From Candidatus Heimdallarchaeota archaeon (GTDB lineage Archaea; Asgardarchaeota; Heimdallarchaeia; Heimdallarchaeales; Heimdallarchaeaceae), in the NCBI GenBank assembly GCA_019057375.1, contig DXJF01000114.1:1-64000 (forward strand): a stretch of 64,000 nt of DNA, given 5' to 3'. Made by a program: the position numbers and the translations under genes. The notes under the pieces were generated by a model. It was given only the letters and a program-made list of their open reading frames with translations, was not told where the DNA came from and ran no database searches. The stretch's first letter is position 1. Every line of letters starts with the position of its first letter. This document shows positions 57,647-64,000 of this stretch, in pieces.

Positions 57647-59233
57647 TTATCTCGAAATTAGTTTTCTTCTTCTTAGACTTATAGCAGATAGTAACAATGG
57701 TGGTATCACTAAAGATAATGGATGAAATCTTGATTCATTTGTAGTTTCTGGAGGTTTCTCAAATATTTGTACGTTGATTTGTTCGATGTTTTGATGCTCA
57801 CTCTCATCTTTAATAACAATAGTTAGATTGTAGTTACCATCTTCTAAGTAACCCAGATCTACACTCAATGAAGTTGGTTGCCAATACTTCTTGAAATCAA
57901 GTTCAGATTGTTCTATTAGTTCCTCCTCGAAATATAGTCTATAGCTGCCATTCATTGGATATTTATTTCTAAAGTTGTAGAAAGCTTCCCAGTTTATGAT
58001 TGCTTTTTCACCAGATTTTATCCAATACAGTGAATCTATTTGTATTATTGGCGAAAGTGATACTCTTTCCATTCTGTAAACTCCTCCTGCAACATCTCCT
58101 TCTTCTGGAAAATACATCTCCCAAACAATTTCTGATTTACTATTTACTTCGACCAACCTTGCCCCAATTGTAGTTTTTCCTTCATGACCGTGTGTCCCAA
58201 AAGTTCCTAATTTATTACCATTGGGTAACAGATCTGCGTCACCCCACCAAGCAGTATGATAATTCTTAGGAGATGAAAATTCATAAGTCGTATTAGCAGT
58301 CATTGTATTTTCATCAATAGTAATCTCAATAATCCTCGAATGATGATTCAAATTGTCTGTCTGATTGTGTTCATCATTATCAAAATAGATGAAGGAATTT
58401 TCAGATATTATCTCTAGTGCATGACCATGATAGAAGAGGCCGTCTTTTATGTTTCCATAAATATCTCTCATTGTAAAGTCTCCATGCTCTCCTAGAGACC
58501 AGAGAAGAGAACCTGTTTTATGATCTATCTTGTAGAAAGTGTTAGTATTCCTACAATTGACATAAATTACATCTTGATCTTGATCATAGCTTATAGAATT
58601 TGCATGTGTGACATCAGCAACCCCTCCAATTTCTAAGTCTTGATAAGGACACCAATGACTAAAGGGTATAAAGTCGCCCATATTCACACTCCAGACTAAA
58701 GTGCCATCAGGAGTATATTCTGCTATTTGATCATACAGATATTCTGTTCCTTGGTTTTCAATTGTATACGGATGCAGTGTGAAATAAGTGTCATTTGCTT
58801 CATTTCTTTCATAGTCATGGTGTCCTTTGAACCCTAATTGTTCGGTCTCATCAGTTTCAATATTCCACAAGAAAGCTCCAAAATAATTACCATATAGAAG
58901 AGTTGTTGAGTTGAGAAATTCAACGCTCATGAACCCATCAAGTCCTATATCTTCTTCTATGATAATATTTCCTCCCATATCTGTTAAATAAAGCGTTTTA
59001 TCCACAGACGTATAGTCATCCATATTCCTTCTTTCAATAATAAAGAGATTATAAGCATCAAAATAATCACCATTAGAAGTTATTACAGGATTACCACGAA
59101 TACTAGTAGTACCAGTTGATTCTTCGAAGTTTCCCTGGCTAATCATTCCGTTTGAAGTAAGGAAAAACAAGATTAGTATTGATGGATATATTTTGGAAGT
59201 TATTGAAGTATTGAGCATAGATAGTATCTCCAT
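57647..59233 (-). CDS. Arylsulfotransferase (ASST)-like secreted protein with C-terminal anchor
   Basis: HHDY, DVTHANSI, HGHALE, FDN and GDADLLPNGN; TM plus RRRK. Confidence 0.8.
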   Translation of the reverse strand: MEILSMLNTSITSKIYPSILILFFLTSNGMISQGNFEESTGTTSIRGNPVITSNGDYFDAYNLFIIERRNMDDYTSVDKTLYLTDMGGNIIIEEDIGLDGFMSVEFLNSTTLLYGNYFGAFLWNIETDETEQLGFKGHHDYERNEANDTYFTLHPYTIENQGTEYLYDQIAEYTPDGTLVWSVNMGDFIPFSHWCPYQDLEIGGVADVTHANSISYDQDQDVIYVNCRNTNTFYKIDHKTGSLLWSLGEHGDFTMRDIYGNIKDGLFYHGHALEIISENSFIYFDNDEHNQTDNLNHHSRIIEITIDENTMTANTTYEFSSPKNYHTAWWGDADLLPNGNKLGTFGTHGHEGKTTIGARLVEVNSKSEIVWEMYFPEEGDVAGGVYRMERVSLSPIIQIDSLYWIKSGEKAIINWEAFYNFRNKYPMNGSYRLYFEEELIEQSELDFKKYWQPTSLSVDLGYLEDGNYNLTIVIKDESEHQNIEQINVQIFEKPPETTNESRFHPLSLVIPPLLLSAISLRRRKLISR

Positions 59234-59295
59234 ATATTATTCTCTTCAATAAATTTTTCTTTATTTCTTAATCATTAAAACTTATATTAACTGCG

Positions 59296-60048
59296 TTAAG
59301 ATAAGTGGTTTAGGTTTTCTCTCGCCAAAATCATATTCACTAGATAATATGGAACTTTAGTCTTTCTTCCCTCTTTGTTTCCCAAAGTCATATCTAGATC
59401 ATAAGAAAGTGACCAGTTTTCTACAACAGCTTCCTCTCTGATTTTAGTAGATATTATCTCCCACTGTGTCCCAGGTTTCAACCCTTTTTCCTCTAATTCA
59501 ATATAAACTTCTTGTAGAGTTGCTTCATGAGGAAAATGTCTAGCAATAGCACGCTCAATTATTTCTACAATTTCTATATTTCTTCCTGAACTAAAAAGAG
59601 CTAGTGGTTTATTCGTTTCTGCATTAGTTTTAGTGCTTTCCTTTTGCGGTATCGTTGCCCCATATGGTGTTTTCTCTGGTTTCAATTTTTGTTCAATCAT
59701 TTCTGCTATTTCATCAGTTAGAACATGTTCCCATTTACATGCTTCTTCATGTATCTTTGACCATGGAACACCTAACCATTCAAGAAAACTTTCAGATAGT
59801 CTGTGCTTTCGCACAACTTTTCTAGCTATTTCCTCTCCCTCAGAGGTTAACTTAGCACCGTAATATGGCTTATACTCAATAAATCCTTTTTTTGATAATT
59901 TCTTAAACATTGAAGTAACTGTACCCGGATCTACATTCATCATTTCAGCTATTTGGTTGGTTTTAACGTTTTTAGTACCATATTCAAAAAACCAGAAGAA
60001 AGTTTCTAGATACTCCTCTTCTGCAGCTGTTACTTCTGTTTGATTCAT
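59296..60048 (-). CDS. DtxR/MntR-family metal-dependent regulator
   Basis: EEYLE, TVTSMFKKL, RKHRLSE and EACKWEH. Confidence 0.9.
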   Translation of the reverse strand: MNQTEVTAAEEEYLETFFWFFEYGTKNVKTNQIAEMMNVDPGTVTSMFKKLSKKGFIEYKPYYGAKLTSEGEEIARKVVRKHRLSESFLEWLGVPWSKIHEEACKWEHVLTDEIAEMIEQKLKPEKTPYGATIPQKESTKTNAETNKPLALFSSGRNIEIVEIIERAIARHFPHEATLQEVYIELEEKGLKPGTQWEIISTKIREEAVVENWSLSYDLDMTLGNKEGRKTKVPYYLVNMILARENLNHLS

Positions 60049-60075
60049 GGGAAACCCTATAGGTTGTTATAGAAA

Positions 60076-60867
60076 TCATTCACCTTTGAAATCAGGCTTT
60101 CTCTTTTCAAGTACAGCTTTTATTCCTTCTCTTATATCTTTAGTCCTAAAACAAGTCCTTATTCCTTTAGTTTCAGCTCTATATCCTCCATCGATTGAGG
60201 TATTAAGTCCTCTCTTTATTGCTTTCTTGGCTTCTCTTAGAGCAATGGGTGCATTATTAACAATGATTTCAGCTTTTTCTATCGCTTTTACTTTCAGTTC
60301 TTCTAGAGGAACTTTTTCACTAATCAAACCTATTTCAAGAGCTTCATCAGCTGAGAATTTTCTTCCAGTTAAGATGAGATCTTTTGCAATGCTCAAACCT
60401 ACAACCTTGGGGAGACGATAAGTTCCACCCCAACCTGGTTGCAATCCTATGGTGGTCTCAGTCAGCCCAAATAAGGCAGTATCAGCTGCTATTCGTATAT
60501 CGCATGAAAGAGCTAATTCCATCCCTCCACCTAGAGCATATCCATTAATCGCAGCTATCACAGGAGTTGGATGATTTTCAATTTGTGAAAACACTTTTTG
60601 CCCTTTCTTTATAGCTGTCATCACTCTCCATCCAAGGGATGCGGTCCATTTTAAATCCACACCAGCAGACCAACTTTTACCTTCAGCATAGATAATTACT
60701 GCTCTAACATTTTTCTTTTTCTTTAACGATTTGAGTGTAATAGATAACTGATTTAACAACTTATCATTGAAAGCATTCAAAGCTTTTTGACGATTAAGTG
60801 TAATTAAAGCGATGTTATTGTTTTCACCTACATAATCTAGTAGGAGTAAAGAATTATTCTCGGCCAT
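60076..60867 (-). CDS. Enoyl-CoA hydratase/isomerase
   Basis: SAGVDL, GYALGGGMELALSCD and ETTIGLQPGWGG. Confidence 0.92.
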   Translation of the reverse strand: MAENNSLLLLDYVGENNNIALITLNRQKALNAFNDKLLNQLSITLKSLKKKKNVRAVIIYAEGKSWSAGVDLKWTASLGWRVMTAIKKGQKVFSQIENHPTPVIAAINGYALGGGMELALSCDIRIAADTALFGLTETTIGLQPGWGGTYRLPKVVGLSIAKDLILTGRKFSADEALEIGLISEKVPLEELKVKAIEKAEIIVNNAPIALREAKKAIKRGLNTSIDGGYRAETKGIRTCFRTKDIREGIKAVLEKRKPDFKGE

Positions 60868-61097
60868 GAACTAACTATCCCTATGTCATATCTAAATTTT
60901 ATGTAGTGTATTGTTAATATATTTAGTGATAAGAGAAAATTGCAGTAGAAAATAACTTAGGAGCTTTAGATTGTACAATTCAAAAGTGAATAATACTAAA
61001 ATAATACGATAAGCATATATTTATCCGGTAAAAAAGGCGGTACTTCAGCTGATGCTGGAAAGAAGTTTCGCGTAGAAAATGTTATGTCACCAAATGA

Positions 61098-62678
61098 TTA
61101 ATCCGCTTCATACCCTCCTCCACCTGGAGTCTCAATAATCACTATATCTCCCTTCTTAATTTCCTTAGTGACTTTAGATGGAAGACAAATTGATTCACCA
61201 TCTTGTCTCAAGATATTGCGACCTTTGGAACCAGTTCCTCCTCCCAGTAATCCAAATGGAGAATGTTCTCTTCTTTCACTTTGTATTGACAGTACGGCTT
61301 TTTGTGCTAACAACTCAACTGATCGACGAACACCATTACTCCCTTGCCATTTTCCTGAGCCACCAGTATTAGGTATAATTGAGTATTCATGTATTCGCAA
61401 AGGATAATATCGTTCTAGAACTTCTACTGAAGTATTCCTTGTATTGGTCATGTGACTGTGTTTTGCATGGGGAGGAGTGTAATCCTTTCCTGCACCTATA
61501 CCTCCAGCAATTGTTTCATAGTAAGTAAATTGAACACCTTTTGGGTTTATTCCTCCAATAATTATATTGTTCATTGTTCCACTACTTGCAGCTGGTACCG
61601 CTGTTGGGAAAAGTTGTGCAAAAGCACCTAACATAACATCAGTTATTCTTTGACTTGTTTCTACATTCCCTGCAGCTACTCCCGCGGGGGGAAGAGGATC
61701 AACTAAAGTTCCTTTTTTGGTTATAACCTCCAAAGTTTCATAGAGGCCATAGTTTGTTGCATAGTCTCTAGAAACTAAACAACGCAGAATGTAATATGTT
61801 GCTGAAAGTGTTACTGCATAGGGGGCATTGATGTTTCCTTCTACTTGAGAGTCGGTTTTACTATAATCAACAATAAGTTTTTCACCCTTTCTTTGCACTT
61901 CAGCCGTAATTGCAATTGGTTCTTCCGTCACCCCATCATTATCCATATAATCAGTATAGGCTACAATTTCATCCTCAGGAATGGTTTTCACAAGCTTTAA
62001 AGAAGCACTTCTTGATCTTTTATTCAAGAAATCTATTATTTTTTGAACCCTATCCAGAGAATATTTTTTCAAAAGAGCATGGAATTTTTTCTCACCAATC
62101 TTTGTAGAAGCTAATTGAGCTTGTATATCTCCTTTCCGTTCATTTGGAACACGAATATTGTCAAGAAAATAATCTAACCATTCTTGGTTTAAAATACCAT
62201 TTCTTTCCAGTATGGTTGGATCTATGACAAACCCCTCTTCTTCTAAAGTATACTTCCCACTGGGCATAGAACCGGGGACTACACCTCCAACGTCTGCATG
62301 ATGGCACCTATTTGCAATATACCCTACTAATGTTCTATCAAAGAAAATAGGTTTAACTACAGATATGTCTGGAAGATGTGTTCCACCCAAATAAGGATTA
62401 TTTGCAATGTAAATATCCCCATCCCTGATGTTATCCTCACCAAAATGCTTGATTAAAGCTTTAACTCCCTCTGGCATCGCACCAAGATGAACTGGAATGT
62501 GCTCTGCCTGAGCAATTAATCTACCTTTGTGATCCATTATAGCACTTGAAAAGTCTAATCTATCTCTTATATTTGGGGAAAAGGCTGACCGTTGAAGAAC
62601 GATTCCTGTTTCTAAAGCTACGTTCTTCAGTGACTGATTAATGACTTGTGCCTCTATGAGACTAAATTTAGAACTCAT
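61098..62678 (-). CDS. Hydantoinase B/oxoprolinase
   Basis: FSPNIRDRLDFS, HIPVHLG, GTHLPD, HHADVGG and TPGGGG. Confidence 0.93.
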   Translation of the reverse strand: MSSKFSLIEAQVINQSLKNVALETGIVLQRSAFSPNIRDRLDFSSAIMDHKGRLIAQAEHIPVHLGAMPEGVKALIKHFGEDNIRDGDIYIANNPYLGGTHLPDISVVKPIFFDRTLVGYIANRCHHADVGGVVPGSMPSGKYTLEEEGFVIDPTILERNGILNQEWLDYFLDNIRVPNERKGDIQAQLASTKIGEKKFHALLKKYSLDRVQKIIDFLNKRSRSASLKLVKTIPEDEIVAYTDYMDNDGVTEEPIAITAEVQRKGEKLIVDYSKTDSQVEGNINAPYAVTLSATYYILRCLVSRDYATNYGLYETLEVITKKGTLVDPLPPAGVAAGNVETSQRITDVMLGAFAQLFPTAVPAASSGTMNNIIIGGINPKGVQFTYYETIAGGIGAGKDYTPPHAKHSHMTNTRNTSVEVLERYYPLRIHEYSIIPNTGGSGKWQGSNGVRRSVELLAQKAVLSIQSERREHSPFGLLGGGTGSKGRNILRQDGESICLPSKVTKEIKKGDIVIIETPGGGGYEAD

Positions 62679-64000
62679 TTTCTCTCCTCCATTATTATGT
62701 ATCCTAAATTGTTTACCCGCCCAATTACTGAAGGTGGAATTACAGTAGTTGTATCAAGTTGATCAATAATACATGGTCCGTCTAGAACATTACCTGATAG
62801 CAATTTTTGCTTATCATAAACTGGAATATTTATCCACTCTCCATCAAAATTAACACTTCGGTTTGTTTTAATCGCATCTTCAGGTGGATTTTCAGAACCC
62901 TTAGCTAACTTTGTGAATTCTATTCTTGGTACTTTACCAACTCCCCTTACAGATAAGTTTACTATCTCAACTATGAGTTCTTTATCAAACCAAGAATAAT
63001 TCTGATTATGTAACAACTGAAATTTTTCAGTTACAGATTCTAGTTGTTTTTTATCAATTGGGAATGTAACAGGTAAGGTTAGAAAGTCAGATTGACCCAC
63101 GTATCTCATATCTAAGGAATAATCAAAGGATTGATTTTTGCTTCTAACCTCTTCACTTGTAAGAACTTCTTTCAGATTTTCCTCGATTTCCTTAAGTTTT
63201 TCATTCATCTCAGTAAAATCTACTTCATCTTTAGTTTGAAGATAGGATTGTGTATGTTCGTGTTTAATGTCTGAACAGACAAGTCCAAAAGCTGACCAAA
63301 CACCAGGGAAGGGTGGAATAATAACACCGTCCATTTCAAGCTCTTGAGCTATTTCCCAAGCTTGTAGAGGACCAGCTCCACCAAACCCTAGCAGAGCAAA
63401 ATCTCTTGGGTCTAATCCTCTTTGTATTGTCACTACCCTGATTGCATTAGCAATGTTGTTGTTTAGTATCTTCCTGATAGATAATGCTAGTTCATCTACG
63501 GTCACTATTTCAAGAGGGAATGGTGATGACTTGATTTCATTTAATAGATTATTGAGTTGTAGAGTTGCTTTATCTTTATCTATATTCAAACTCCCTGCAA
63601 AATTATCTTGATGAACATAACCCAGATACAGATTTGCATCAGTTAAGGTTACCTTATCTCCTCCTAGAGAGTAGCACGCTGGACCAGGATTTGCCCCCTG
63701 AGACTCTGGTCCAACAGATAATAAACCATCTTTAAAGTCTGCAATTGATCCACCACCACTACCTATTGTTTCTACATCCACCATACTTGCAACTAGTGGG
63801 AAACCTCTAAATTCTCTTGATCTTAAAACAATTGGACCATTTATTAGAGCTGCAACATCAGTAGATGTTCCCCCTATATCAAGAGAAACTAAGTGCGTTC
63901 TGTTTAAGTGTTTAAGACTATCAGCTGCAGCTAAGACTCCACCCGCAAGCCCAGAATAAAGAGTTTGTATACCCGATTTACCTATCGAAACAACATCTGC
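62675..64000 (-). CDS. Hydantoinase A/oxoprolinase (5' part lies beyond the window)
   Basis: Frame stays open to the window edge (LYSGLAGG...DIGGTSTD...VETIGSGGGS, FGGAGPL). Confidence 0.92.
   Translation of the reverse strand, partial: ADVVSIGKSGIQTLYSGLAGGVLAAADSLKHLNRTHLVSLDIGGTSTDVAALINGPIVLRSREFRGFPLVASMVDVETIGSGGGSIADFKDGLLSVGPESQGANPGPACYSLGGDKVTLTDANLYLGYVHQDNFAGSLNIDKDKATLQLNNLLNEIKSSPFPLEIVTVDELALSIRKILNNNIANAIRVVTIQRGLDPRDFALLGFGGAGPLQAWEIAQELEMDGVIIPPFPGVWSAFGLVCSDIKHEHTQSYLQTKDEVDFTEMNEKLKEIEENLKEVLTSEEVRSKNQSFDYSLDMRYVGQSDFLTLPVTFPIDKKQLESVTEKFQLLHNQNYSWFDKELIVEIVNLSVRGVGKVPRIEFTKLAKGSENPPEDAIKTNRSVNFDGEWINIPVYDKQKLLSGNVLDGPCIIDQLDTTTVIPPSVIGRVNNLGYIIMEERK

Noticed and set aside
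1347-62107. Many short ORFs antisense to or nested in confident genes (e.g. 1347, 5090, 31152, 44641, 47916, 52569, 57020)
   Set aside because: Shadow frames of well-supported genes with no motifs of their own.

Overview
AT-rich archaeal chromosome segment, most likely from an Asgard archaeon (Heimdallarchaeia-like). This is an inference from eS26, a presenilin-type GxGD protease, an Arf-like protein, BHB tRNA introns and several C-terminally anchored surface proteins. Most of the window is housekeeping or metabolic: thiL, trmI, trmY, rps26e, rps19, uvrBC, cysK, cysS, ABC transporters and hydantoinase A/B. It holds five intact tRNAs: Arg-TCG (intron), Val-GAC (intron), Asn-GTT, Thr-TGT and Ala-TGC. 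The standout locus is 36299-40770. An intronless tRNA-Val(GAC) gene has been split in its T-arm by a 4.33-kb insert. The insert carries a beta-helix surface protein, a sequence-diverged intron-containing replacement tRNA-Val(GAC) with a homologous promoter, and a large (~630 aa) TnpB/Cas12f-like gene. The element right end abuts the 5' tRNA fragment, so the predicted guide matches the original allele. The replacement allele differs from that guide at positions 1-3 and is interrupted by the intron, which resembles a natural cleave-and-rescue arrangement. A 352-bp non-coding element with the same 82-nt right end interrupts an SDR gene at 8488-8839 and looks like a stand-alone, promoter-driven omegaRNA cassette. 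Also notable are an LVIVD/4-TM/OppB fusion in an opp operon with no OppA nearby, and an operon encoding a pseudo-Arf, AAA+, vWA, pseudo-zincin and HEAT protein.
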